Part shown: positions 39,230 to 53,899 of the stretch, in pieces
Layout of the letters: every line of letters begins with the position of its first letter
How positions within the stretch are numbered: position 1 is the stretch's first letter
From: Gnetum montanum
Taxonomy: Eukaryota > Plantae > Gnetophyta
Assembly (NCBI GenBank): GCA_015680685.1
Contig: MNCI01000967.1
Span: 639,452-703,451 of the forward strand
DNA: 64,000 nucleotides
Direction of reading: 5' to 3'
Notes under the pieces: generated by a model
The model's input: only the letters and a program-made list of their open reading frames with translations
Databases searched by the model: none
Told to the model about the DNA's origin: nothing
Made by a program: the position numbers and the translations under genes

Positions 39230-42200
39230 GAGAGAGTTCCAATGGTGACTTCTCACAACAGAACTGGAAAGCTTCCTTCTAGAGATTACTGATGTTGAGT
39301 GTTACTGGAATGCACAAGTCTTTTCCACAGTTGCAAGAGATGAACCAACTGATGTCTATCCAGATTGAACTTGGATGCTTAAGATGTGAGTTGGAAATGA
39401 ATGAGGCAAAAGATCTGCAACTTCTCCAACCTGGTTAGCAAACATTTATTAGAATAATTTTTCCTTTGAAATATAACATTGCATCTTCGCTTCCAAATAT
39501 AATATAAAATAGTAGGCCTAATAACTTTTCATAGAAACTTGAGATTAGCAGAAGTAATGTTTAAAATGTTGAATATGACATCCTCTTGAGATAGCTTGTA
39601 TGAAGGAAAAACTATGGAAGCCCACTTCCACACATGCTGAGCAAAGGGACAATGCCAAAACACATGGAAAAAGTCATCTTGTCCACCATAGAGAGGGAAA
39701 TTAGGATTGGGAATTCATAGATATTCTAAGTATTTACCAATAGGTAGACCTTGGTGGAGGAGAGGAACTGCTGAATTTTGGGGAGGGTCGGAAGGTTCCA
39801 AATATTTTGGAAGAGAGGGATCCAAAATGATACTGACTCATGTTTGTGCCAATGCTTATTGCAATGTTGAATGACCTCGGATGGATCATGCATAAGATGA
39901 AAGGGGATAGATGGCCGATAGGGTAAGAGTTTAACCCCATTAAGCCATTGAAGGCCTTGAAAAGGGCTTTGCACTGTAACATCAATGTGCCAATGACCAT
40001 GGAGAAAGGAGTAGATCTGGACTAGGCAATGGTTCATTGCAGCCAACTCCCCATACAAATTGCTAAACTCAACCCCCAAAATCCAACGTCTAGCCAGCCT
40101 AAGACAATTCAAGGAGATGACATCTTTCTGAAACCATGAGGTAGCCACCTTAGCCTTTGTGATGGCAAGGGGAGTGGGCGACAGAAGTAACCACCACAGA
40201 CATAATCTAGAGAGGATAGTAGGGTGGATCTTAATGTTAGTCCAGTCAATGTAACTATGCAGAATTTGCTAGGCCCTCTAGATGCTTTTGAAAACATGAG
40301 AACCTAGAAGAATGATAGTGAGGGGGGAAAAGATCCAATTGACAAAATGGATGCCTTTCCAGAAGGGCTTGTTTGCAGGACATGCTTGATGAAGCCTTAA
40401 TTGGAGGAGGGTCCCAATGATATCTGAGGCATCTAAATGCTAAACCAACCACTTAGCAACCACGGTAATTCCCTACTTATAGGAATTCAAAAGACCTAAG
40501 CCACCTTTATTCTTGGGGAGAGTAACAATATTCCAAGAGACTCGATGAAATCCCTTCTAAGAATCTTTGGAGGACCACATAAAGTCACGAAATAACTGTT
40601 CAAGCTTCTGGTAGGCAGCTTGGGAGGGGGCCCAACATGAANNNNNNNNNNNNNNNNNNNNNNNNNNNNNNNNNNNNNNNNNNNNNAGGATTTATTCCAA
40701 TTTATAGTGGAACCTGAGAGTGTACAATATTGCTCCACCCTTGATAAGAGGTGGTGCAAATTGGCAGCTGTGTTTTGAACTAGAAAGAAAGAGTTGTTGG
40801 CGAAGTGCATATTGAGGAGCTATTGTTGAGAGGAAGATAGGAAAACCCCAGTGAGAACTTTCATTTGAATGTCCACGTTAATCTAATGATAAAGAAAGTT
40901 TGCGGCAATGATAAAGAGATAGGGGGCAAGGGGACAACCTTGTCACATTGACCTATGTATTGGAAAGGGAGAGGTAATGTCAAAGGTAGTGGCTATTCTT
41001 GTGATAGCATCTGAGAATAAGAATTTCACCATATGTAGGAACTTAGGTCCAAAACCAACTTTGGTCATGGTCTGCAAGATAAAATCCCATTTTATGTTGT
41101 CATAAGCCTTGGCATAATCAAGTTTCACTAGGAGAATATCTTGTCCATCATCCTCAGCCCACTTGAGACCTTCCCATGCTGCAACCACATTGTCTAAAAT
41201 ATATCTACCAAGAACAAATCTTGTTTTTTGGGGAGATATGATCTGGCCAAGAATTATTTTCAGTCGTAAGGTAAGGCACTTAGCCCAAATTTTATACACT
41301 ACATTGAGGAGAGTTATGGGATGCCAATGGAGATATTAGCAAGATCCCCAAACTTGGGGAGGAGACGAATTACCCCTTGATTTAGATTGGGCTCAAGGGA
41401 ACTAGTTAGGATAGCCTCGTTAATGACCTACAGAAGATCATTTTCCACCAAATCCCAATGATTTTGAAAAAAATTGATGGGGAAACCATCATAACCAGGA
41501 GCCTTAGCTCGACTTAACTTAGAACAGGCCATTTGTAGCTCCACCAGAGTGATATCAGCATCAAGACTTTGTAGCATACTGGAGTTGATAAGGCGAGGAT
41601 AATTGGGGGTGGTAGCCTTGAACGAAGAGATGTCCACTGGGGTTGTTGCAAAAAGGGTTTCATAGTGATTCTTGAAAAAAGAGAGGATACTGTTGTGGTC
41701 AGAGATTATGGTACCAAAATTGAGATACTTGAAAAATTCTTTACAGTGTTCATCTTGAATATTTAACAAGGTGAGCCGACTTTTAGTTAGGGCACTTTGT
41801 GCTCGGTACACATCCCAATGTTGAAAGGCTAATTTTTCTCTAGCTAGCTCCTCATGAACTAGAGTATTGAAGGGGTCTTGAGCTAGTCTATTACTGAGAT
41901 GTTCAATAGTGAGGTGAATTTTGTTGTATTCTTGTTTGGCCCAAGTAGCCACTGCCTTACCATATAAATGAGCAAAGTTTCGCACTCGACATGAAGCCTG
42001 ATGCCACCAATTAATCCAACCCACCAAAGTTAGGGGACTAGGTTCAGCATTCCAAAGGTTGGATAGAAGAAGTTGGGCTGCAGGAGAAGAAAAACAATTG
42101 TTGTGTAGTCAGAAAAGATGGAATTTTCTTCGGTGAGGGCTGCCATGAATCTTGATGGAGATGGAGATAGGAAGATGGTCTAATAAGGTGGCATGGTGAT

Positions 42201-42879
42201 GAACCGTAGTAGTGGAGAAGGCTTGCCAGAAGGAAAGGGTGGAGAAATAGAACCTATCTAACCTACTACAGATGCGAGCCTACCCAAGACGGAGATTGCT
42301 ATAGGTAAGTCTGTGGAGGGGAATGCCCGTGAAGGTGTCTGCCCCATCAGAAAGGTAAAACCTTTTCTTGAAGGTAGAAAAACTTTGATACTCAAGATTA
42401 GGCAGTTGAAAAAACACCCCTCCAAGCTTATCTTGAGGGAATTCAACCATATTGAAATCTCCTTTGAAGATCCAAGGCACTAGGAGAAGAGAATTTGCAA
42501 GTTCTTGCCAAAGGAGAGCTCATTCTGCGGAGTCGTTTGGGGCATAAATCAAGAAAATACCAAATGGGCCATGCGAGGAAGAGAAGGTGGCCCAGGAAAC
42601 TCTATGCATAGAATTGGAACCACTTTGAAGGATTTTAGTTTTCCAGTAAGGAAAAAGGAGAATGGTCGCGCATCCTTTCCTGCTCGCATGGGACATTGCT
42701 AGGATTGAAGAGTGAGGAAGAAACCAATGGGCAGAAAAGGATAAAAGGTCGGCTGAAACCTTAATTTCTTGAAGGAGAACGAAATCAAAGGCTATATTAA
42801 GACTAAAAATAAAGTTTCCTACTCACTTTTGTCGAAGCCTACCAGTAAGGCCTTGAACATTCCATGAAAGGAGGTTCAT
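39230..42879 (-). pseudogene. LINE ORF2 (APE endonuclease, RT, C-terminal zinc finger)
   Basis: MNLLSWNVQGL, LLQEIK, WIFKGDFN, RLDRFY, DHLPI (EN); KAPGYDGF, HPITLLNVVYKIWAK, LDYAKAYD, QGCPLAPYLF, FANN (decayed FADD) (RT); HVFWHCPFAQHVW (zf). Disrupted; 3' end is approximate. Confidence 0.93.
40642..40686. other. Assembly gap
   Basis: Run of N. Confidence 1.
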
Positions 42880-43960
42880 GGAGAAACAAGGGGTAGTTTG
42901 GGTGAGAGGTCAACGGAAGGTTCGGAAGTTAAAGTCTCAACTTCCATTTTTCCTGACAGGAGGGTAAAGGAGTTGTTGGTGGAGATAGGGGCCATGGAAG
43001 TGTTCAGTGGAGAGGAGCTTGAGGGAGGAGTAGAACTGAAGGAAGCTTTGACTTGTTTCCTTCCATTACCCACCATGAACTCATCCACCAAGATTGAGTC
43101 CGTGACTGCCTTATAGGGGATGACATGGGTGGAGGTGTGAGTACCTAATTATTGTTTATGTGGCTTGGAGGGGTGAGATTGAGAGGAGGATTATGGAGTT
43201 GTTGGAGTAGGAGAGTCGAATTTAAAGGATACTAAGGGTGGGCGTAATGGTGTGATTGAGGAATGGGTTTTCTGAGATGCTATAGGTTGTTTTTTCTTGG
43301 CTAGGATGGGGCACTTCGATATATGATGCTTGGCCCTATGACAATAGCTACATGAGGTTGGAAGGTAAAAATAGTCCACTTTTTGGGTGAAGAGTTTTCC
43401 CCTAGCAACAAGGGTTAATGAGGTCTTTCAAAGAGCGAGGTCCAGTTCAATACAATAACGACGAATTTGAGTTCCATTAATCACCATACAATGCTATGAA
43501 ATAATAGGACCCAAGGTGCTCACAATGTCCCTCTCCACAGATGAGAAAATAAGTGGAAGATTGGGAAATTCCATGTAACAGGAAATTATATTAAAAGCCT
43601 GGTCGTTGACATTAAAGTCAAATTTCCAAGCACGTGCTATTAAAGTTACATTCCTTGTTGGAAAATTTTTTAAAGAGAGAGCCTTCTAAACTTGAGAAGC
43701 ATTGGATAGTTCTACCAAAATAAAATTTGAGCATAGTATCGAGCATGAGAAACCTGAATGCCATGGGGTTGAAGGAGGTTTTGAACTTGAATGTTTATGC
43801 TTGGGGACCTTGGTAAGAATCCCACAATTTGAAAAAAAATAAAGCAAGTTGCGAAATCTTTAGAAACTGCTTCAAAAATAACATCAGGCAAAAGGAAATC
43901 AATTGGAGGTGAGGTAGAAGAACTTCCCTGAGGAAGAGTAGAACCTCATGAATTCACCAT
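42876..43960 (-). pseudogene. LINE ORF1 remnant (DUF4283-like region plus CCHC knuckle)
   Basis: DYFYLPTSCSYCHRAKHHISKC = CX2CX4HX4C at ~43310-43375; the terminal frame stops at 42876-42878. Start is uncertain. Confidence 0.8.
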
Positions 43961-44800
43961 TATGACACGCCTACCCATGAAACAAACCCAGCCTCTTCAC
44001 AATGGCAACACAAAAATACCCAGCCACAACCCCAAATTGATTTTTTGGATCCTAAGCTTGGAACAGGTATGTCCCTGATCCTGAAAATCCCAAATTTGTA
44101 ATATCAGATCATGGGGTTTTTGCATATCATGGGTTTGTTTTTACGGATCGAGTTCAAGATTGATGTTTTGATTTATTTTAATCGTAGGCGAGAACACCAC
44201 GGTGCGGGGGATTTTGATCTTTTGCAGGGTTTCTCGGATCACAGTTGAGGTTGTGGGCACAGATCTGTAGCTTCCTCAGGTCATGGCCATGAATCTGTAG
44301 CTTCCTTAGGACATGGCCGTGGATTTTCCAGTAGTCGTGGTTCAACAGGCGATCGCGGTTTTGCAGGCCGCGATGGTTTTGTAGGTTTGGGCCCTCTTTT
44401 AGGGCGTGTAGTATGGCACAACGAAATCCCAGTGCGCGGTGGTTTTGGGCAACGCAGAACTAGAAAGAAGGATAGCGTAGCAACAGTCAGCGTGGTCCAT
44501 GCAACAATGGACCATGGGGACCACCCAACTATGGCCAACATGGTCCTAAGACAGCATGCGGCCACCCCACCCACCTGCAATGGTTTCTAAAAGCTATTGC
44601 AGGAATCCAATGAAGAAAAATGCTTCTAGAGTTGTTAGAATGAAGCCAGAAGTTTAGACTATGCCATATTAGACATTGGATGCGGCTGACCTAGACGTGC
44701 CTCAACAAATGGCCACAGCTGCCGCTGCGACGGCGTCAGGGTCTGCGTTCGGGCTCTAGAGAAAAAAGAACCGTTTCTTCCCTACCTTCCTATTATGTGG

Positions 44801-46232
44801 CTATTACATATAAGCACCATTGAATGTTCGATGTTTCAGCATACTTATTACATACCGGTGATGGATGTAATCTTCATAGTCCATTTTTTGCACTCAATGG
44901 CATACTATGTCACTGTTTGTAATGGATGGAACTTGATTCTTCTGTAGTTTCTAGAATTTTTTTTCCTTACAAATTTCCAAGGAAAGATCTCTAATCCTCA
45001 TCTTAGCATCAATTATACTAAGCCAACCCCTTCTCATGATAATAAGGAAGGTCCCTATGTAATTATCCATGTGGATCACTAAGAAATATACTAAATTCGA
45101 CTAACTGTAAATAGTGGTTTCAATGTCCTCCACCAATCCTAAAGAAATCGTGTCAAACTGATCTGCAAGCTCCAACCTGATGTTACATTTCTTGAGTGAA
45201 GGCATGTTCTAGGTCTTGTACATCTCTTAGGAAATTAATTTCATCCCAAAACCTAAATCCAGTAGAGCCTTTCATGGATCAGTTCTTGTGATCTGCAAAT
45301 ACATTAAGAGACTTCTAGGATTAAATCGTTTCTTGGGAAGTTGTCTTACCTTGATCCAATCTATGACAACGTGGATCAACATCATAGTATGAACATTTGA
45401 GGACCTTTGATTTAAAGGTGGCTAGAGGATAAGTTTGGAAGCAACTAATGCAAGGTTAGTAGCCATTGAGGTTTATGAGGGTTTTGTGGACTATTTGGTC
45501 TAAAGAAAGCTCTTTTTCAAAGCTTATGCTCAAAGCCACTTGGATGATCATCTGGTTGTAAGTTTACTACCCTTGTGGTATCTTATTGTTGGGCTACGAT
45601 AAAATTTCCCTTTGCATAGATGGTGCAAGTGGCAAGGAAGCAGTGTTATAAGGTGTAAGGTGAGTTGTTGAATATGGAGAAGGATAAATGAATAAAGACT
45701 CAATTAGCAAAGTGGATATTCTATGATATTCTGGGCAATAGTATTGATGAGAGAAAGGAGTATGGCTTGCAAAGCCACAAGGAGATATAGGTTTTTGGAC
45801 ATAATATTCACAAGGATAAGAATATTACTACTGTATTGATGACATCTGACATGACTATGGATTTTACCATTGTTGATACCACTTCTAAGATTGAGGTGAT
45901 GCTTCACTTGGACAATACTGTGTTGCATGGAACTATTTCCTATAATTAAATTGTGGATAAGGCAATCTCCTAGGTGGTTGCTCTCTTGCGAATTTTAGAT
46001 TCAATGCGTATACCTAAGATTCTTGTAGATGTGACACTATAAGACAACATCGCTTGTGATGTTCATATTGGTAAATATTACATTCTTCATAATCTATTTC
46101 TAAACCTGCAACCTCATCCATTTTTGCAGCTTTACCTTTTTGCTGATAATGATCCCTACCTATATCTTTTCTTCTTCTTTTATCTCTATCTCTACTTTCC
46201 TATTATTGGCACATTTTGGCCATTTTATGGAG
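44801..46232 (-). pseudogene. Protease and gag C-terminal part of element 2
   Basis: Minus-strand KALLDLGFGMKLI and FLIIMRRGWLS; homologous to 14440-15880 of element 1. Confidence 0.85.
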
Positions 46233-49100
46233 ATATATATAGGAATAAAAAGATATGCATTTGAAGACCAAAAGTAACATTGCCTATGTAAGTTTTGGGA
46301 AAATGATCTATTTAGTTCTATTTTTTATAATTTTTTTGTTCTCAGTATCTCTAGACTATTGAGTTTAAGTTGATCCATAGGCAATCAATATTCCTTATTT
46401 CTTGAAGTTAAATTTTGCATTCAAGATAAGCTTGTTACAAAGTCCTTATGTTTAAAGATTTCGGTGGAAACAATCAATTTGGACTAAGCATTTAGATAAA
46501 AACCTATAGCTAGGATATCAACAATTTGACAAGTTCAAAGTTAAGAAATGCACTGCAACATTAACAAGAGAAATCCTTGGTGATTAATTATTGAATTTCT
46601 ACTTTGGAAAGTGAAAAAGATAATTGAAATTGGGAAATAGTGAAGGTTTGCTTTTGATACATGAAATCATATCCAAGGTTACTAGAATAGCAACAAATCA
46701 AGAGTTAACATTATCAAATAAAAATCCTTGCTTCAACAAGAGCATAAACAATTAATGTAGCTCATCATTTTAAGCATTGTATCATCAAGTGAATTTATGG
46801 TACCTGAGAAATGGTATCTACTCAAACAAAAAACAATGACTTTTTACTAGTAAACCACATCATGGCTCTTCCCTACATAACCATCAAAACCAAAAAATTT
46901 ATCACTTACTTATGTGTGGAAAATTTAATAGTGACAACTGCAATTTTTGAAAGAAAATAGACAATCCTAACATTCAACAACATTAGTAGCATAGCCAGGG
47001 TAAAGCCAAAAAAACACAGAAAGGTGATTCAATGCTCAAGGGTAGTTCACCCAGCCTAGAGAGGGCCAACTAAAAATCCTAAAAAAGCAATTTCAAATAA
47101 CCAAACGAGTGAAATAGATGATTCCAATTCCAACGTCGATGGGAACAGTAAATGTAGTGCCAACATAGTAGATCATGATGCCTAGAGATGCAGCTTCTTC
47201 CAACAATGACAAAGCTTGAAGCACTAGTAATTGCAAGATAGAGACAAGCCAAGAAGTGGAGCTCGAGACATTTCTAAACAACTCTGCAATTACTAGAACA
47301 TGCAACAACATGCCAGGGATGTCGAATGAGGCTACAATCTGCTTGCTCATCACGATGAAACCACTCTTGCACTAGATACATGCCAATGAGCAATGCGGTG
47401 GTGAAAGCAGCAAGGCAGTGGCAACATGGTAGCAACAAACCCTCATGCCTGAACTACACCAGAAAAATTGCATTTTTATTGTAGCTTTGGATGAAGCATT
47501 ATTTAAAAAATTACATATATTATGATGGCCATAAATTATAATATAAGTTTGAAAGGGTAATGCATGTACATGTGGAAATGGTTATGATTTAGAAAGGTGT
47601 ATCTATGAAGCTTTATTTAATCTAAGCTAATTTTCATATAAAGGTTGTTTAAAAACCTAACTAAATTTTCTAAATGTTTGCATACAAAAGGACACTTGTC
47701 AATTATGGCATGTATTTCTCCAATTTTTTGTAACTGCCTATGATGACTTTTATGATATTTGTTACCAAGGAAACACTTGGCCACCATAGCTCAAATTTTT
47801 CATGATCCCCATGGAAGCTTTAAATCCCAAGCTAGTTATAAATTTATATTCCTAAGATATTTGTAAGACCCTTAAGTCCTCATGATTATTGTAACTACCT
47901 TAAGATCACTATAAAAGGACCTTCAAAGATAGAAAGAGAAGGGATTTTTGGGAAGATATTGGAAAAAGACAATTGAAGATTACTTGTAAGATGACTTGCT
48001 AAAGACATCAATTCAGTTACTTTAGTTTAATCTTGTGAGTTCATTCCTTCTCATTTTGTTTTAGCTACTTAGCTAATGGTTTAGATAGTATCATTCTTGG
48101 CCTTTAATTTTGGGATTTTTCCTAGGTTACTTTTATAGCTTTGTTTTTGTGCAATATTAAACTCCTATTAAGATTTTTCATAGAAGAGATTATGTTGTTA
48201 AAAAGTCTCAAGGGCAATTTAATAGTAATGTCTTAATGAAATTGCCTATTTTAAGCATAGAAAATCTAGAAAAATATTTAGTATTTTGAGACAACTAAAG
48301 TAGCTTTAGTTTTTTAAAAGTGTATTGCCTTGGTATTTCAATCAGGAAATTGTCAAATATTTTGAAAGCTTTGTTTAATATAATCTTTGGCAACTATTAA
48401 CTAGCAAAAGTAGAGACTTGTACTTTGTCATTTACATTGCGATTTTTGCTAGTATAATAAGATTGTCTTTATGATATTGCTTGTTGAGCTCAAAAAGTTT
48501 GAACAATTCGTAGTTATTGAATTAGGAATAGCTTTATTGCGAAGTGTTTTCTCATGTCAATTTTTCTTGCTTAAATATTTGAGATTTCATGCATTTTTAA
48601 TTTCCTTTCTTTCTCTTTCTAGACCATTGAATCTTGCTCTATTTCTAGTTTTCTTATGGAACTTTCTCTCTAGGAAAAATTAGGAGTAGATTGGTAGAAT
48701 TGTGCTCAAATGTTGTTGTAAAATTTTACTTGTTACAAGTGCCATACTGTAGGGATCATATAGACTACATGATTAGAAAAAATAGGAATCTCCAATAACT
48801 CATAGTATTTAACAAAGTTAGCTGAATTTGTTTTATGATATCCAATTATAGTTTCATACACAATCCAACCATTTCAATATTCACAACAGCAAACACATAC
48901 TCACAGTTAGTTCATTTCATAACTACTGAGTTTATTGCAGGTATTTGGGCCTTGGTGTTGCCAAAGACTAGCAAGCACCTAAAACTTGTTTGAAGAATAC
49001 CTTCTATCCCATGACCCCTAGTCATGAGACCATAAGGATCCAAACCTTGGTGATCCCAAATGGTCACCAACACCTACTTCGTCTTCCCCTCCATAAGCTT
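46233..49100. mobile_element. Unclassified ~2.9-kb insertion splitting the gag of element 2
   Basis: gag homology to element 1 stops at ~46232 and resumes at ~49100; the interval has a TATA-like CTATAAAAGG (~47909) and no recognisable ORF. Confidence 0.55.
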
Positions 49101-50821
49101 AAGAGTAGTTTAGAACTTCTCATCTAATGAGCCCCATATTTTGTTAAACTTAGCCAATATTTCAATAATAGATTTTTAGATCAGTAATGTTTTCCTTTGT
49201 ACCACTTCATCTAGTGATGCTTCCTCCTCTAAATCACAAAACACACCTCCCTTTTATGAATGGAGGGGTCCCTCTTATCTTCCTCTACACTTTCTCTCTT
49301 TTTTAGCTCTTCTTCTTATTTTGCCACCTAATCAATTAGCCTTTGAATTTGATGGACTCTTATTTTAGAAAGTCCCCCTTAGGCATAGACACCAAGATTT
49401 TCTCCAATTTTTTTTCAAAGCCCATCTATAATGTGGTGAAGCTACTCCCTTTGAGAAAATCCATGGACTGGGCATCAATGTAAAAGGGAATAGCACTTGC
49501 TCAAGGTTGCATCTAAGAATTCATGATTATCCCACTTCCATCTTTGGATTTGTTTCCTCAAATTGGATAGTCTAGAGTATGTTTGATGCTTGTTGTTGAA
49601 TAACTCCAACATTGTACTCCATCTACGAATGAATTCTAGCTCCAAGAACCAGTACCAACTTTTGGATTCTTTGATGAATGTTCTTGGAAATAGTTTAAGC
49701 TTCTCCCACTTGTTCTCAATTTTCTATAAGCATAGGCATTATGGAAGGCCTATAAATAATGCTAAGGATCAACATTATATCCTCCTTCAAATTTAGGGAT
49801 ATTTTCTATGTCAAGCTATTTAATTCAGCTATCCCTTTGATGTTTGGTGAGGATTCAAACTGCTTGCGTTTTTCTTATAGCTAGGAATGGTTCATCATAG
49901 TCATTATATTCATGGTGCCTCTTATCATGATCATGTCTTCTATGATGAGACCTACTATGCCTCTATTCCTAATGATGCTCCTCCTCCCCTTGTGGTTGTC
50001 TATGTTGTTGGTTATTATCACCATGATGGAACTTTCTATCATATCCATCTTGATCCCAATCAATCCTCCTTCTCTCTTGTTCTTAACTCCTCCTATCAAA
50101 TTTTGAAGATGAGAAGGATGGTGAAGGCAGAGGAATATGAGAATAGTGTCTACTAGTTCTTCTCCTATTATTCTTTGCTTTTTCTTTCTTCTTATCATTT
50201 TCTTTCTCCTTTTCCTTGGATGAATGACTAGGACATCTTTGTCTTGATGTTCTTTAAGCCTTAGACTTTATCCTCCCGTTATCTTGATTGTTCTTCAAAA
50301 TTGATTGCAACCTTTGGTAAAATGTATTATCCTTAACAAAAGGAGTAGAATTGTATATTGAGATAGCCTTGAGAAGAAGTTAGGCTCCTCTTTTTGTCAT
50401 TGTATAAATAATGGTATCAAGATCCTCTTGCCCTTGGAACCTTCATAGCATGTCTCCATGCGTCTATCTTTCTTGAGCTATACTTCTGTGCACTGATAGT
50501 CTTTAGAGGTATGGTCTATTGCCTCATACTCTAGCCTCATTGATTTAATTCCCATCATCATGAGTTGAGCCATGAGCATGGTGAGAATAGACTAATCAAG
50601 AGGTAACACAATGTTGCCTTCTATATCCTTCCAAAGTAACTACTCATCTTGATAGAGAATGAAGGTGAAATCCCATTAGTATGGATTTGGATGTGCATAG
50701 ATAACTCTTAGCTATTAAGGTTTCTCACCAATAGTTATTTTGGTCTTATCATATTGCTAATTGGAGTCATCAACATGGGGTAGTGACTCATTCCTATGAG
50801 AAGAAACTATTTCAGTGACAT
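49100..50821 (-). pseudogene. gag: gag N-terminal and capsid part of element 2
   Basis: Homologous to 12747-14440 of element 1, including the S/P-rich and H/R-rich tract at ~49880-50200. Confidence 0.8.
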
Positions 50822-50951
50822 GGATAAAGTGTACCTTGATATATTATGATTATTATTATTTTGAATGAAAGATAAATCAAAATATTTTCCTTAAAATGAT
50901 TTTAAATGGATTCACTATTTAACAATACTTAGCATACTTAGCTAAACTAAG

Positions 50952-50969
50952 TCCCTAGCAACAACACCA
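50952..50969 (-). promoter_or_regulatory. Degenerate tRNA-Asp PBS of element 2
   Basis: Minus strand TGGTGTTGTTGCTAGGGA (13/18; all differences are C>T or G>A), 1 nt from the LTR. Confidence 0.8.
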
Positions 50970-50970
50970 A

Positions 50971-51840
50971 TGATGAGTGGTAGGTAGTCCTTATGCCCAA
51001 CCATACAAATCACAAGCATTTATACATGATTTGGATGAATTCCATGGACTTATTTACCTAAGTGACCAATATCATTAACTGGTTCCCAATCCACACATGT
51101 GTTAATTTGTGTGTATGCTTAAGTGTGGTTGAGGCATAAGATATTTATTTTTATACTTTTTATTATTTTATACTCTACTTGCTAAATGCTAAAATGAATA
51201 AAGATTTAATAATTGAATTAACTATTTGATTACTTCATTAACTAGGCATTCTAATGTAAAGTATCTATTCCCACTTGTTGTACATATCTTGAACCTATAC
51301 TAACGCTACTAGATTACCAAGTATATACTATTATGGGTACCAAGTATTTACCGCTTGGATTACCAAGCATTAATCTGTTATGCTCAAAGTGGTTGTACTT
51401 ATGTTTCTTATGAACATGAGTATTAATTATTTAAGGACAAGAATAGAAATTTCATATAAAGTAAAGTGCTGAAAAGTAGAATTATGCTAGTACCAGTACT
51501 ACAATGGATATAGGAAATCTTGATTTTATTATTGTCCATGCAGATCTGTCCAAGTATATGTGCACTCGAATAAAATGTCATACAATCTCTTAAATCCACA
51601 CTGCGAGCACTCAAATGAAAAATATTCTAACTTTCGTAGAATAAAACTATAAGAATTTGGCTAAGGTTATGACCAAAAAATGCAAAAAATACAAAAGGTG
51701 TGCACATTTATATAGGCAACAATTGCATTAGTGTCAATGTACCTACATTAATGCATCATAGCATGTATCAACGAGGATACATTGATGGAGTTGCATCAAC
51801 GAGCATGTGTTGATGCAACCTATCTTATTATGGTTCATGA
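50971..51840 (-). repeat. 5' LTR of element 2
   Basis: Pairs with 33440-34320; flanked by the PBS and by TSD AATAT. Confidence 0.9.
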
Positions 51841-53899
51841 AATATACTTTTATTTCCAAGTGTAATTAATTAAATCATGACCTTTACATATTTTAAGGTT
51901 TGAAAAATATGATAAATTAACTTGCAATGTTATTTTTAAGCTTATGATTATGTTTTGATATTTTATTGAATAGTAAGCTCTTTGTATATATTCAATATTG
52001 TTAAGCACTCTCTGTTGATGAAATTAAGATGCAATATTTGACCAAGAGTTTTAATGTTATATTAAATGGAAATTTGATGTTAAAAATCTTGCACCATGTT
52101 ATTGATGCATGATATGATTTTTATGTCTTTATATTTTTAAGAGTAATGTCTAATTCTTTAAGGATAGGCTATGAAAGGAGTGATAAGATACATTATTATT
52201 GTTAGGGCTATCTACAAAGAACTCAAAAGCATGTTAAATTGCAATTACACCTATTGAATTTGAATTTTATTGGAAAATTAATTATAGTTCCCTTTTAAGT
52301 TAATTTTCACTATTATTAGCTAGGTACTAGCCAAAGGCTAGCTAGGGGTTATGTTAGCACACTCAACATCACCTAAGCAATAAATTAAAATTGTTTCATA
52401 TTTTATTTATTTTTTTACTATTTCAATGTGGCATTAGAGTTTAGTTTTCATTTTAAATAATATTTTGTAGGGCAACATTGAAGTGATGACCAACAAGAAA
52501 GACTAAATTCTTATCAATTAGTATCGCTAAGAAAATGACCCACAAAATGTTCAAATTCAAAAAAAAAAAAATAGACATATCATCTCATATCATCAAAGTA
52601 GCACTAGGAAACATTAAAACTAACAAAATTGATAGGAATCACACTAGCAATGGAGATCAATATGATATACTTTCTTCTAACATATTAATCCTTATCAAAT
52701 TTGTTATATGTATCAATAAGTGTTAGGACTACCAAATATGAATCTAGCGATGTTAATTGATATGTAAAAATCCAAAAATTATCTAGCTCTACATATTGAT
52801 TGGCATCATGGCAATAGTTCCCAACAATACTAGTTCATTGATGAAACATGTGATAACAATTCATTAACATGGTTTAGCAACAAATAAGTTCTTCTTCCTC
52901 AATTTATGTCATGATAGTAATGTCCATCAATATTATTGCATCTTTCTATATTAGTCCATTATTGTAAATCATCACACCTATTAAGAGTTGTCCAAAGTGT
53001 ATAAAAGACTACCTCCACCATGGGGTGAAGGAAAGGATTGACACCCCCTAATTATTTCATAATTCCCTTGAACAGCTTCTAATTTCTAAGAGCTTATTGT
53101 AAGACCTAGTTAGGTTTTGTAGTATTTTCTTGACAATTGGAGTCCACATAAGGTTATTAAGGATAATGTATTATAAAGACAATAGGGTAGAATCAAAAAT
53201 TGAGAGACATATTCCTTGTGCTCTTTTAACTAAATTTGTTTCTATTACTTCAATTAAGCTATAATCATTTAATTTCATTCTAACTTATGTTAGAAGTTAG
53301 CTTGAGGATTATTGATTTTACTTATGCATGACATACATAAGTGTGAAATTAATTCAAGATTGAGTCCTAATCATATGGTGTTGATGTTTCTTTGACTTTT
53401 CAATTATTCCTTCATGGATATGACTCATAGGTTAGTCATAAATGAGATGACATTACTGCAATGAGAGTAATTTAGTAGCAAATTTTGGCTAGCTCATTAG
53501 TGCTCCTCTTTACTCTATGATCATCTAGCCTTTCACCTATAAATGTTATTACTATGATGAAATGTTATTCAAGCCAATAGTGGTTGTTTATGTTATGTAT
53601 GCACAATAAATAGGGGCTTCCTACAATACTAGTTCAAGTTTTTTAATGGATGGGCTATTATTAAGAACAACATGTAAGTTATCTAAGAATGAGAGCTAGA
53701 AGATCAAGGACTAAATTCAATTCATGGGTAAGGATTAGAATATCTTAAATTATAGAAACCAAAATTTGACTCAAGCATACACATCTTTATTAAAATGGTT
53801 TTTTTGTAAATGGATTAGATAAAGATGAACCACTTCTTCCTAATGATTCATAATCATATTTAACATCATGAAAAGGGTTGTAGTTTATGATTAGGCAAG

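Larger units (their letters stand above)
38963..44782 (-). mobile_element. Full-length L1-clade LINE inserted in element 2
   Basis: 18-bp TSD TACCTTCCTATTATGTGG at 38945-38962 and 44783-44800; ORF1 zinc knuckle; ORF2 EN-RT-zf; GC/CpG-rich 5' region. Confidence 0.95.
33440..51840 (-). mobile_element. Athila-clade LTR retrotransposon (element 2), older, with nested insertions
   Basis: LTRs 33440-34320 and 50971-51840 are colinear; TSD AATAT at 33435-33439 and 51841-51845; Asp PBS and PPT on the minus strand; pol motifs on the minus strand. Confidence 0.92.
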
